This document shows, one piece after another, positions 29,323 to 37,930 of a stretch of 64,000 nucleotides of DNA. Below the pieces are notes generated by a model. It had not been told where the DNA came from and did no database searches. It saw only the letters and a program-made list of their open reading frames with translations. The position numbers and the translations under genes were made by a program. Where the stretch lies: the NCBI GenBank assembly GCA_036123585.1, contig JAZADN010000047.1, forward strand, positions 17,375-81,374, read 5' to 3'. Source of the stretch: Actinomycetota bacterium (lineage in GTDB: Bacteria; Actinomycetota; Acidimicrobiia; Acidimicrobiales; MedAcidi-G1). How positions within the stretch are numbered: the first letter of the stretch is position 1; each line of letters begins with the position of its first letter.

Positions 29323-29514
29323 TCAGACGGCGCAGGACATGTCAGCCCCGCAGCACAGGGGCGACTTGATCTTGCCGTGGCCGTTCGGGCACTCGGAGAT
29401 CTGCACCGTCGAGCCGTCGTCCTTTGTCAGGCTGGCGTCGGAGAGGGCCTCGTCGCAGTGTCCACAGGTGGCGTTGACGGACATGCCGCAGTTGCCGCAG
29501 GTATAGGTGGCCAT
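29323..29514 (-). CDS. small Cys/His-rich protein (63 aa, 8 Cys)
   Basis: MATYTCGNCGMSVNATCGHCDE...ECPNGHG...LCCGADMSCAV. Strong RBS GAGGAGGAcccATG. Ends 29 nt upstream of cbs on the same strand. Confidence 0.65.
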   Translation of the reverse strand: MATYTCGNCGMSVNATCGHCDEALSDASLTKDDGSTVQISECPNGHGKIKSPLCCGADMSCAV

Positions 29515-29689
29515 GGGTCCTCCTCGGTCCGGCCAGACCGCGCTCCAGACGAACGCGTACGATGATCTTCTCACAGGCCCTGAGTGTCCGACTGGTCGGA
29601 CGCGATCGTGCCCACCGAAGGGACGACTGCTAGGAACAGTTGCTTCCCGTCTGTCGTCCATCCGCCCCGCTGCCGAGGGGAGCGCGCCT

Positions 29690-31429
29690 GTGGTCCATCA
29701 TCACGTTCCGGCAAGTTTCGGTCCCGACGAGTCTGTAGTGGCTACCGGAGAGCAGGGCCAGCGGGCCCACCGTCGCCAGTTCGAGCATCGGGAGCGGCTG
29801 GAACGTCGCCTCTACGAGGTTGCCGACGGGGTCTGGTGCATGGTCGGGAACGGCTTGTCCAACCAGACCTTCGTGCAGGGACCCGAGGGCTTGGTGGTCG
29901 TTGACACCGGCGAGTCGGTGGAGGAGATGGCCGCCGCCCTGCAGGAGGTTCGGGTCCATACGTCGGCACCGGTGGTCGCCGTGCTCTACACCCACTTCCA
30001 CTACTGCAACGGCACGCAGGCTGTATTCGACGAGGCTGGCGGGCCGGTCCCGGTCTGGGCGCACGTCGGCGTCGAAGCCAACTTGCGGGTCCGGGCGTTG
30101 GAGCAGGGGCCGACGGCAGCCCGGGGGATGGTGCACCAGTTCTCGATGCTGCTCCCCGAGGACGGTCCGGACGGCCGGATCCAGGTCGGCTTGGGCCTTG
30201 AGTACCGAATGCCCGAGCACGCCCCGTACACCCATGGGTTCGTGGCCCCGTCCGACGTGATTGACTCGCCGACCACCACCACGTTGGCCGGCTTGCGGGT
30301 TGAGCTGGTGCCGGCGCCGTCGGACGCTGACGACAACCTGAACGTCTTCTTTCCTGACCTGGACCTGTGCGTCAACAACTTGGCTTGGCCGGCGTTGTTC
30401 AACGTGTTCCCCATCAGGGGAGAGTCGTACCGGGACCCGCAGGTCCTGTTGGCCGGCTTCGACGGGATCCTCGCCGCTTCACCCGAGTACCTGGTCTGCG
30501 CCCACGGCCCACCACTGAGCGGCCGGGCTGCGGTGACCGAAGCGGTGACCGGAGCGCGAGACGCCATCCAGTACTTGTGGGACCAGACGGTGCGTGGTGT
30601 CAACCGCGGCCTGACCCACGGTGAGCTGGTCGAGTTCGTGCAGCTACCTGACCATTTCGACGATTCCTATCTGACCCAGCAGAACTATGGACTGGTGGAG
30701 CACCACGTCCGACAGATCCACACCGGCTTGGTGGGCTGGTTTGACGGCTTCGAGGCGACTTTGTTCCCGCTGCCCACCGCCGAACGGTGCCGTCGCCTGA
30801 TCGAGGGCTTCGGTGGCCGGGACGAGGTAGCCGCCCGGGTGCGCGCTGCGTTGGAAGATGACGACCTGAGATGGGCCCTCGAGCTGGCTACCTGGCCGGT
30901 ACGCGCCGGCGTTGGAAACAACCCTGGCGGAGCGGAGTCCGACCGTTCCTTGCTAGCCGAGGTGCTGCGGACCGTGGGGCAGCGCACCACCTCGGCCAAT
31001 GTGCGCGGCTGGTGCTTGACACGGGCCCGTGACTTGGAGGGCCTTGTCGAGCTGGACCGGTACCGGGTGCACCGGTTCGGTCGGGGTCAGGTTTTGGCCA
31101 CCGAACCGGCTGCCACCATCGCCGCACTGAGGGTCCTCCTCGATCCTGAGCGAGCCGCAGGCGTGGACGACCATCTCCGCTGGCGGGTTGATACCGGGAG
31201 CGGCGAGGCGGTGTGTGGCCTCTGGGTTCGCAACCGGGTGGCCGTGCCAACCGACGGTTCCGGCGCCGAGTTGGAGTTGGCCCTGGCCCACGACGTTCTG
31301 GCCGACATGCTGTCCGGGCGTCGCTCCATGGCTGACGCCGTCGACGACGGTTCGGTAGTGGCGACTGGCGACTCGAACCGGATCGCCACCATCTTGGCCT
31401 GCTTCGAGGTCGATTCCTTTTCGAAGTAG
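29690..31429 (+). CDS. alkyl/aryl-sulfatase-like MBL-fold protein with C-terminal SCP2-like region
   Basis: Overall resemblance to SdsA1/BDS1-type alkylsulfatases (MBL core, dimerisation region, C-terminal sterol-carrier-like tail). The metal motif reads THFHYCNG rather than HxHxDH. Start GTG 29690 follows GAGGGGAG; the start is uncertain. Confidence 0.65.
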   Translation: MVHHHVPASFGPDESVVATGEQGQRAHRRQFEHRERLERRLYEVADGVWCMVGNGLSNQTFVQGPEGLVVVDTGESVEEMAAALQEVRVHTSAPVVAVLYTHFHYCNGTQAVFDEAGGPVPVWAHVGVEANLRVRALEQGPTAARGMVHQFSMLLPEDGPDGRIQVGLGLEYRMPEHAPYTHGFVAPSDVIDSPTTTTLAGLRVELVPAPSDADDNLNVFFPDLDLCVNNLAWPALFNVFPIRGESYRDPQVLLAGFDGILAASPEYLVCAHGPPLSGRAAVTEAVTGARDAIQYLWDQTVRGVNRGLTHGELVEFVQLPDHFDDSYLTQQNYGLVEHHVRQIHTGLVGWFDGFEATLFPLPTAERCRRLIEGFGGRDEVAARVRAALEDDDLRWALELATWPVRAGVGNNPGGAESDRSLLAEVLRTVGQRTTSANVRGWCLTRARDLEGLVELDRYRVHRFGRGQVLATEPAATIAALRVLLDPERAAGVDDHLRWRVDTGSGEAVCGLWVRNRVAVPTDGSGAELELALAHDVLADMLSGRRSMADAVDDGSVVATGDSNRIATILACFEVDSFSK

Positions 31430-31495
31430 GCCTCTTCGGTCACTCTTCGTGGTCGAAACCTGCCGAGCCGATTTCAATAACCTGCCGAGACCCCT

Positions 31496-31572
31496 TGGTC
31501 GGGTAGGCGGGATTTGAACCCACGACCTCCTCGTCCCGAACGAGGCGCGCTACCAACCTGCGCCACTACCCG
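31496..31572 (-). tRNA. tRNA-Pro (anticodon CGG)
   Basis: Reverse complement reads CGGGTAG-TG-GCGC...CCTCG-TTCGGGA-CGAGG...GTGGGTTCAAATCCCGC-CTACCCG-A-CCA. 77 nt. Confidence 0.9.
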
Positions 31573-31633
31573 TGTGGCGGGAAGGGTACCGGTGACCCGC
31601 TCCTACCGGTCGGGCCGTGGGCTCCGGATCGGG

Positions 31634-32017
31634 TCAGACCGGGGTGGACTCGTCGAGGATGGAGCGAGCCGTTCGGCGGAGAACCAGAGCGTCGACCGGC
31701 TTCACTACCCAGGCGTCGGCCTCGGCCCGGCGGGCCAGGAAGTCGTCGGCGTCGCGGTCCAGGAGCATGACGATCCGCTGCGGGCCGATGCGTCCGGCAC
31801 GTTCCTCCAACCGGAGGTCCAGGCAGGCGGCCATGCCACCCATGTTCCCGATCTGCAGGTCGAGGACGACCAGTACCGGTTCGTGGGTGGCCACGGCTTC
31901 CAGAACCTGGGCCCCAGCGTGAACCCGCACCACCGCGTGGTCTCCGCCCAGGGCAGCCTCCACCTCGTCGTGGACGTGGTCGGCATCGGTGGCCACCAGT
32001 GCGGTCGTCTCGCTCAC
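31634..32017 (-). CDS. single-domain response regulator (receiver only)
   Basis: LVATDAD acidic pocket, VLVVLDLQIGNMGG phospho-acceptor Asp, WVVKP Lys. Start assumed at GTG 32017; the track ORF extends to 32176. Confidence 0.7.
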   Translation of the reverse strand: MSETTALVATDADHVHDEVEAALGGDHAVVRVHAGAQVLEAVATHEPVLVVLDLQIGNMGGMAACLDLRLEERAGRIGPQRIVMLLDRDADDFLARRAEADAWVVKPVDALVLRRTARSILDESTPV

Positions 32018-32149
32018 GGCGGGGATCGTACCGACGTGGCCGTCTCCGACCTGCGGTCGGGTAGGCAGCAAGACGGTGGGCGGTGACCGAGTTCGGCCGG
32101 ATGCGTCTACCCTCCGGGGGAGGGACGGATCCGACGAACGGGGGCCCAG

Positions 32150-32494
32150 ATGCTGGAGATCACGGTCGAACGACACGACGGCTACGTGCTGTGCCGCCCG
32201 GCCGGCGAGTTGGACGCCTATACGGTGGCCCAGTTCCGCGAAGCGCTCACCGATCTGGCCGACGATTCGTACGTGCTGGTCGATCTTTCAGACGTGCCTT
32301 TCATGGACTCGGCCGGTCTGGGCGCCCTGATCGGCGGCATCCGTCGGGCCCGTGACAACGACGGCGACGTGGCCGTGGCCTGTAACCGGCCCGCCCTAAT
32401 CCGCTTGCTGCACACCACGGGCTTCGACCGGATCGTGCCCGTCCGCGAGACCGTCGAGGAGGCCGTCCTCGCCCTCGGCGAGTCCGCCGGCTGA
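32150..32494 (+). CDS. STAS-domain anti-sigma-factor antagonist
   Basis: ...LVDLSDVPFMDSAGLGALIGG... with the conserved phosphorylatable Ser in the DSAGLG motif. Confidence 0.85.
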   Translation: MLEITVERHDGYVLCRPAGELDAYTVAQFREALTDLADDSYVLVDLSDVPFMDSAGLGALIGGIRRARDNDGDVAVACNRPALIRLLHTTGFDRIVPVRETVEEAVLALGESAG

Positions 32495-32526
32495 TTTCCC
32501 TCCCGGACGTTCCCGCCAGTTCGACG

Positions 32527-33813
32527 ATGCGCGCCCGCTCCCTCGTCCGACGCCGCCTTCGGGTGTCGATCCTCGCCTTGGCCCTTGGGGCCGTGCTGCT
32601 CGGTACGACAGGCGGCGTCGCTGCGGGCCAGGAGGGCCACGAGACGGTGCCCGTGGTCGACGTCGTGGAAATCCATGGCCTCCTCGACCCGGTGCTCGTC
32701 GACATGTTGGCCGAGACCCTCGGAAGTCTCGACCCTGCCGAGACGGTGGCCCTGGTCCTCCAGGTCGACAGCACGGCCGCGGTGGTCGACGACACTGAAC
32801 TGATCCGGCTCGCAGAGTTGGTCGATGGCGCCCCCATCCCGGTCTCTTTCTGGGTCGGACCGTCTGGGGCGAAGGCCATCGGACCCATTGCCCGGCTGGC
32901 CGCCCTCGGTGACGATGTCGGCATCGCCCCCGGCGCTCACTTGGGTGCGTTCGGCGACCCGGTCCTCGGCGACCGGTACGGCACGCCGTTCGGCCTCCCC
33001 GTGGACACCGACCTTGTGGACCGGACCGTCGGCTACGACGAGGCGGTCGAGCTCGGGCTGGCTCGACCCTCGCCGGTTCTGCTTGAGCACCTGGTGGGGC
33101 TCCCTGGCTTCGAGGTTCACACAGTCACCGATGACGAGGGGACCAGTGTCCAACCGGTCACCCCGACCCGCTTTCGCCAGCTCGACGTGGTCGACCAGTT
33201 CTTCCACACCGTGGCCAGCCCGGCCGTGGCCTACCTCCTGCTGCTCGTCGGGATGGGCCTGCTCGTCTTCGAACTGTTTACGGCCGGCGTGGGCATTGCC
33301 GGGATGATCGGTGCTGGCTCGTTCCTCCTAGCCACCTACGGGCTGGGGGTTCTGCCGGCCAGGGCATGGGCGGTAGGCGTGCTGGTCTTCGCCTTCCTCG
33401 GCTTTGCCATCGACGTGCAGGCCGGGGTGCCTCGCCTGTGGTCGGTCATCGGTTCGATCGCCCTGGTCGTCGGATCGGTGTACCTATTCGAGGGCAGCTC
33501 GTTCTCGTGGATCACCCTGGTGGTCGGCGTTGTCGGCACCATCACTGGTGTGGTGGGCGGCATGCCGGCCATGCTCCGCACCCGGTTCTCGACACCGACC
33601 ATCGGTCGGGAGTGGATGGTCGGCGAGGTGGGCACGGTTGAGGGGCGCCTCGGCCCCAACGGAACGGTGCGGGTACGCGACGCCGTCTGGCGGGCCACGA
33701 CCAATCGGGCCACCCCGGTCGAGCCGGGGGGCGACATCCGGGTGGTGGCTGTAGACGGCCTGTGGCTGGAGGTCGAGCCCACCGAGGGCGCCGCCCGCGA
33801 CTACCGCCGGTAG
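32527..33813 (+). CDS. NfeD-family membrane protein (ClpP-like N-domain, TM block, C-terminal OB fold)
   Basis: Signal peptide, hydrophobic central block, and C-terminal GTVRVRDAVWRAT...GGDIRVVAVDGLWLEVEP. Confidence 0.75.
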   Translation: MRARSLVRRRLRVSILALALGAVLLGTTGGVAAGQEGHETVPVVDVVEIHGLLDPVLVDMLAETLGSLDPAETVALVLQVDSTAAVVDDTELIRLAELVDGAPIPVSFWVGPSGAKAIGPIARLAALGDDVGIAPGAHLGAFGDPVLGDRYGTPFGLPVDTDLVDRTVGYDEAVELGLARPSPVLLEHLVGLPGFEVHTVTDDEGTSVQPVTPTRFRQLDVVDQFFHTVASPAVAYLLLLVGMGLLVFELFTAGVGIAGMIGAGSFLLATYGLGVLPARAWAVGVLVFAFLGFAIDVQAGVPRLWSVIGSIALVVGSVYLFEGSSFSWITLVVGVVGTITGVVGGMPAMLRTRFSTPTIGREWMVGEVGTVEGRLGPNGTVRVRDAVWRATTNRATPVEPGGDIRVVAVDGLWLEVEPTEGAARDYRR

Positions 33814-33933
33814 CGCCTCCCCCCGACTACACCTGCAGGCCTCTTGTCCGGGTTCCGTCGCGCGTCGTAGGTTCGACCGCGCGGCCTGGTAAAGGGTCGG
33901 CAGAACCGAGTGGGACTAACGGGAGGCTTGCAG

Positions 33934-34188
33934 ATGCCGGGCGACGGTGACTTCCGGGAATGGCAGGCGAAGGCCGCCTGCCGGGGTCCACAAGCGGCGG
34001 CCTTCTATCCGCCGGCCAGTGGCGAATGTCGCGATGAAAAGCGTTTGCGGGAGCGAGAGGCCAAGGAGATCTGCGACCACTGCGCGGTGGTCGGACGCTG
34101 CCTAGAGGTGGCCCTTGCCGGCCGCGAGGCCTATGGCATCTGGGGCGGGACCAACGAGTCCGAGCGTCGTGTCCTGCACGACGCCTGA
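33934..34188 (+). CDS. WhiB-family transcriptional regulator
   Basis: WQAKAACRG...C-x2-C-x5-C (ICDHCAVVGRC) and GIWGG turn. RBS GGGAGG lies 7 nt before ATG 33934. Confidence 0.9.
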   Translation: MPGDGDFREWQAKAACRGPQAAAFYPPASGECRDEKRLREREAKEICDHCAVVGRCLEVALAGREAYGIWGGTNESERRVLHDA

Positions 34189-34231
34189 GCCGACCCCGCC
34201 TGAGGGCCTGAACCCACCAGCAGGAGGTCGG

Positions 34232-35950
34232 TCAGGCCTCGGGTAGCCGCGGTCCGGCGATTCGGACGTCGCCGCGTCGCCGGGTCACTCCCGTGCCGTC
34301 TAAGTGGGCCAGGAGCGGCATGGCGTGCTTGCGCGTGTTGCCCGCCGCCTCCCGGAAGGCCGACACGGTGAACCCGTCCGGGGTCTCTGCCAGAAGTCGT
34401 GCCGCCAGGTGGCCTGCGGCCTCGATCGCTTCGGCGGCGTAGAAGATCCCCTCGGCCTCCACCACTTCACCCCGCCGGACCAACTCGCGCAGCTCACCCC
34501 GGTTCACTCCGTCTGGCTCCGGGGGGACGAAGGGTGAGGCGGCCAGCGCAGCCATGAACGGGTGGTCGGCTAGCGGGTCCACGGCATCGGCAGGTAGTAG
34601 ACGCCCGGCATCGATCACCGCATCGGCCAGCAGTTCCGAGCAGGCCCGTCGGAACGGGTCCAGGGCCGCCAGGTCCAGGCCCATCGGTCCGGCTTCGTCA
34701 ATCTCGGTTCGCAGGTCCTGGAGCGTGCAGTGCAGAACCTCGGGGTCGACCACCCATCGGCCGACATCCGGGTCGCGACGCTCGCCGGTCAGGCGTACCA
34801 AGTCGTTGACGGGGATCCAGCCCCGCTCCCGGACCACCCGGTCCACCGATCGGTCCGGTGCTGCACGAGAGGCTCGTTCCACTGGGTCGACGTCGAGGAC
34901 CTCACCGCCGCCTACCGTCTCGGCTCGGCCGGACTCCCGAAGCACGAACCTGTCACCGGGCAGCAGGGGCAGCGGCCGCGGCAGGTGGAGGCGGACCAGG
35001 CCCTCGGCGCCCGGCTCGAGGACGTCGGGTCCGAGGATTCGCATCCGGACCGGGTACTCGCCAGACCCTAGGTAGAGGACGTGCGCGCCACGCCGCGAGA
35101 CCGGATGGTCGAGCCGATCGAGGACCTTCAGCGAGGCGTCGACCACGGTGGCGTGGTGCCACTGGTCGGACTGGACCAGGACATCGCCTCGCTCCGCCCT
35201 GTCGTGGGCCACGCCGACCAGGTTCACAGCGCACCGGCTGCCTGGCGGCAGACGGTCGTGACCGGAGTGGTGGTTCTCTAGTGACCGGATTCGCACCGCT
35301 GTCCCCGCCGGATGGATGGCCAGTTCGTCGTCAACGGCCAGGACGCCGCCGGTCAGCGTGCCGGTGACCACCGTGCCCGCCCCCCGGGCCGAGAACGAAC
35401 GGTCGATCCACAGGCGTGGTCGGCCGTGGTCGGCGGCGGTGGGTGCTGTAGCCAGCAGGTCGTCGAGGGCGGCACGCAGGTCGTCGAGGCCCAAGCCGGT
35501 CGGAGCGTCGGTGCACACGAGAGGGGCGTCAGCCAGGAACGTGTCGGCCACCCGTTCCTCTACCTCGAGGCGGGCCAGCTCCACGAGGTCGTCATCGGCT
35601 GGACCGACCTTGGTGAGGGCGATTACCCCGTGCCGGATGCCCAGCAATTCAAGGATCCTGAGGTGCTCCTCGGACTGGGGCTTCCAGCCTTCGGTGGCAG
35701 CCACCACGAACAGGCAGGCGTCCACCGCGCCGACGCCGGCCAGCATGTTCTTGAGGAACCGGACGTGGCCGGGGACGTCGACCAGGGAGAGGGAGGCACC
35801 AGAGGCGAGGGTGGTCGTAGCAAACCCGAGGTCGATGGTCAGGCCGCGGGCCTTCTCCTCGGCGAAGCGGTCCGGGTCGGTGCCGGTGGGGGCCTCGACG
35901 AGGGTCGACTTGCCATGGTCGACGTGCCCGGCAGTAGCTACGACGTGCAC
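34232..35950 (-). CDS. selB: selenocysteine-specific translation elongation factor
   Basis: ATAGHVDHGKSTL G1 motif three residues after the proposed GTG start, DVPGH, EF-Tu-like domains, and a long C-terminal winged-helix extension. The track start (TTG 35983) is less likely. Confidence 0.9.
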   Translation of the reverse strand: MHVVATAGHVDHGKSTLVEAPTGTDPDRFAEEKARGLTIDLGFATTTLASGASLSLVDVPGHVRFLKNMLAGVGAVDACLFVVAATEGWKPQSEEHLRILELLGIRHGVIALTKVGPADDDLVELARLEVEERVADTFLADAPLVCTDAPTGLGLDDLRAALDDLLATAPTAADHGRPRLWIDRSFSARGAGTVVTGTLTGGVLAVDDELAIHPAGTAVRIRSLENHHSGHDRLPPGSRCAVNLVGVAHDRAERGDVLVQSDQWHHATVVDASLKVLDRLDHPVSRRGAHVLYLGSGEYPVRMRILGPDVLEPGAEGLVRLHLPRPLPLLPGDRFVLRESGRAETVGGGEVLDVDPVERASRAAPDRSVDRVVRERGWIPVNDLVRLTGERRDPDVGRWVVDPEVLHCTLQDLRTEIDEAGPMGLDLAALDPFRRACSELLADAVIDAGRLLPADAVDPLADHPFMAALAASPFVPPEPDGVNRGELRELVRRGEVVEAEGIFYAAEAIEAAGHLAARLLAETPDGFTVSAFREAAGNTRKHAMPLLAHLDGTGVTRRRGDVRIAGPRLPEA

Positions 35951-35954
35951 GTGC

Positions 35955-37313
35955 TCAGGAGACGGGGGTGGGAGCCGGGTCAAGGGCGGCCAGTGCCGCG
36001 GCGACCATGCAGTCGTCGTCCGGATGGACGGTCCTCAGGTCGACCACTGTGGCGTCGTCGGCTACCCGGGCGATGATCGGGGGCGAGCCGGCCCGGAACT
36101 CCGCCACCCGGTTACCGGCCATGACAAGGCCGGCCGATGGGATCTCCACACCGGGCAGGGTGCCGCCACCGGGGACGGCCACCGTGTCGGCGACCAGTTC
36201 TGGGTCGATTTGCTCAGCCCGGGCCCGGAGGTCGTCGACGGCGACGGTGGCCATTCGCCAGAACGGGATGGCTGACCCGTCCCGAGACAGATAGGCCAGT
36301 GCCAGGTCCTGCAGGGCGTGGAGTACCAGCGATCCGGGCCGCAGCGCCCGGGCCAGTGGGTGGGCGGCACAGGCGGCGATCAGGTCGGCTCGACCTGCGA
36401 CCACGCCAGCCTGTGGGCCACCGAGGAGCTTGTCGCCCGAGAAGGTGACCAGTCCGGCACCGGCTTCGAGGACCTGGCGGGCTGCCGGCTCGCCATCCAG
36501 CCAGCGGGGCGGTCCGTCGTCCAGCCAAGGACAGGTTGCGTCGAGCAGGCCGGATCCGATGTCGGCCACGACGGGTACACCGAGGCCCGCCAACTCGGCG
36601 GTTGTCGGTGACTCGGTGAAGCCCTCGATGCGGTAGTTGGACCGGTGGACCGACAGCGCGAGGGCGACGTCGGTGGACGGGTCGTTCACCGCGGCGGTGA
36701 AGTCGCCCACCCGGGTCCGGTTGGTGGTACCCACTTCCACCAGTTGGGCGCCGGACTGGGCCATAACCTCAGGGATTCGAAAGCCTCCGCCAATCTCCAC
36801 CAGCTCACCGCGGGACACGGCAACGCCCCGCCCGCGGGCCAGGGTGGCTAGCACCAGCAGCACGGCCGAGGCGCAGTTGTTGACCACCATCGCCGCTTCG
36901 GCCCCGCAGGCCCGGGCCAGCAGGGCTGGCGCCCGGTCCTGGCGGGAGCCGCGGGCACCGGTATCGAGGTCAAACTCGACAGTGGCGTAGCGACGCCCCG
37001 CGGCAGACCCGTCTTCTCTGGTGGGTCGGCCCCACGGGGCTCGGCCCAGGTTGGTGTGAAGTAGCACGCCGGTGCCGTTCACCACCTCTGTGAGCAGCGC
37101 CCGGCCAGTGGCGTTGGCTAGTGAGCGGGCCCGATCGGCCGTAGAGGCCGGGTCACCGGCCGCCACGGCGTCGGACACCGCGGTCCGGGCCGCGTCAACC
37201 AACAGGGGATGGGGGAGGCCGATGTCGGCCAGCGAGCGAGCCAGGCGATCGACGCTGGGCGGCCGGTCGTCGGTTCGGTCGGGGAACTCCTCAGGGGACG
37301 CGTCGGGGAACAT
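35955..37313 (-). CDS. selA: L-seryl-tRNA(Sec) selenium transferase
   Basis: 452 aa. N-terminal LPHPLLVD..., PLP-fold core with ...VTFSGDKLLGGPQAG (PLP lysine). Immediately upstream of selB. Confidence 0.9.
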   Translation of the reverse strand: MFPDASPEEFPDRTDDRPPSVDRLARSLADIGLPHPLLVDAARTAVSDAVAAGDPASTADRARSLANATGRALLTEVVNGTGVLLHTNLGRAPWGRPTREDGSAAGRRYATVEFDLDTGARGSRQDRAPALLARACGAEAAMVVNNCASAVLLVLATLARGRGVAVSRGELVEIGGGFRIPEVMAQSGAQLVEVGTTNRTRVGDFTAAVNDPSTDVALALSVHRSNYRIEGFTESPTTAELAGLGVPVVADIGSGLLDATCPWLDDGPPRWLDGEPAARQVLEAGAGLVTFSGDKLLGGPQAGVVAGRADLIAACAAHPLARALRPGSLVLHALQDLALAYLSRDGSAIPFWRMATVAVDDLRARAEQIDPELVADTVAVPGGGTLPGVEIPSAGLVMAGNRVAEFRAGSPPIIARVADDATVVDLRTVHPDDDCMVAAALAALDPAPTPVS

Positions 37314-37395
37314 GCGATCGCGAGGATAGGCGTGCCGGGCTCCGGGGGATCCCGCCCGGGGAAGGCCGGGTCCGGTGCCGACCTAGCATGCGGCC

Positions 37396-37917
37396 ATGCT
37401 CCTCGTCCTGTTCTTGGTCTTCCTCGTCACGCCCGTCGTGGAGTTGTGGGTCATCGTCCAGGTGGCTTCGTCGACCGGGGTACTGAACGCCATCGGCCTG
37501 CTGGTGCTGGTCAGCGTTGTCGGCGCCTGGCTGGTCAAGCGGGAAGGTCTGGGCATTCTGCGGCGCATTGGCGAAGAGACGGCAGCCGGACGGATCCCGG
37601 GGAAGGAGATCGTGGACGGCCTGCTGGTGCTGTTCGCCGGCGCCCTCATGCTCACCCCGGGATTCGTGACCGACGCCCTCGGGATGTCGTTGCTCTTTCC
37701 GCCCACCCGGGCTCTGGTTCGCGCTGTGGCCACCCGCCGCTTCGCCCGGTCGGTGGCTGACGGGAGGACCAGCTTCCGCTACAACTGGCGGGTCGGCGGT
37801 ACCCGTCACGTGGGCGGGCACTGCGGCCCGGTAGTGGGACGGCATGCAAGCGAAGTGCTCGACGCTGACTCCTGGGAGGACGGCGGGCCCGGCGGGCCGC
37901 CGAGTCTGGGCGGCTGA
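37396..37917 (+). CDS. fxsA: FxsA-family membrane protein
   Basis: N-terminal TM helices, PVVELWVI..., and LMLTPGFVTDALG motif. Confidence 0.8.
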   Translation: MLLVLFLVFLVTPVVELWVIVQVASSTGVLNAIGLLVLVSVVGAWLVKREGLGILRRIGEETAAGRIPGKEIVDGLLVLFAGALMLTPGFVTDALGMSLLFPPTRALVRAVATRRFARSVADGRTSFRYNWRVGGTRHVGGHCGPVVGRHASEVLDADSWEDGGPGGPPSLGG

Positions 37918-37930
37918 CCACCGACTGGGC

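Noticed and set aside
29515-29689. SAM or S-box-type riboswitch upstream of the Cys-rich ORF/cbs operon
   Set aside because: I could not recognise the conserved SAM-I or SAM-IV core sequences on the minus strand. A covariance-model scan would be needed to exclude other classes.
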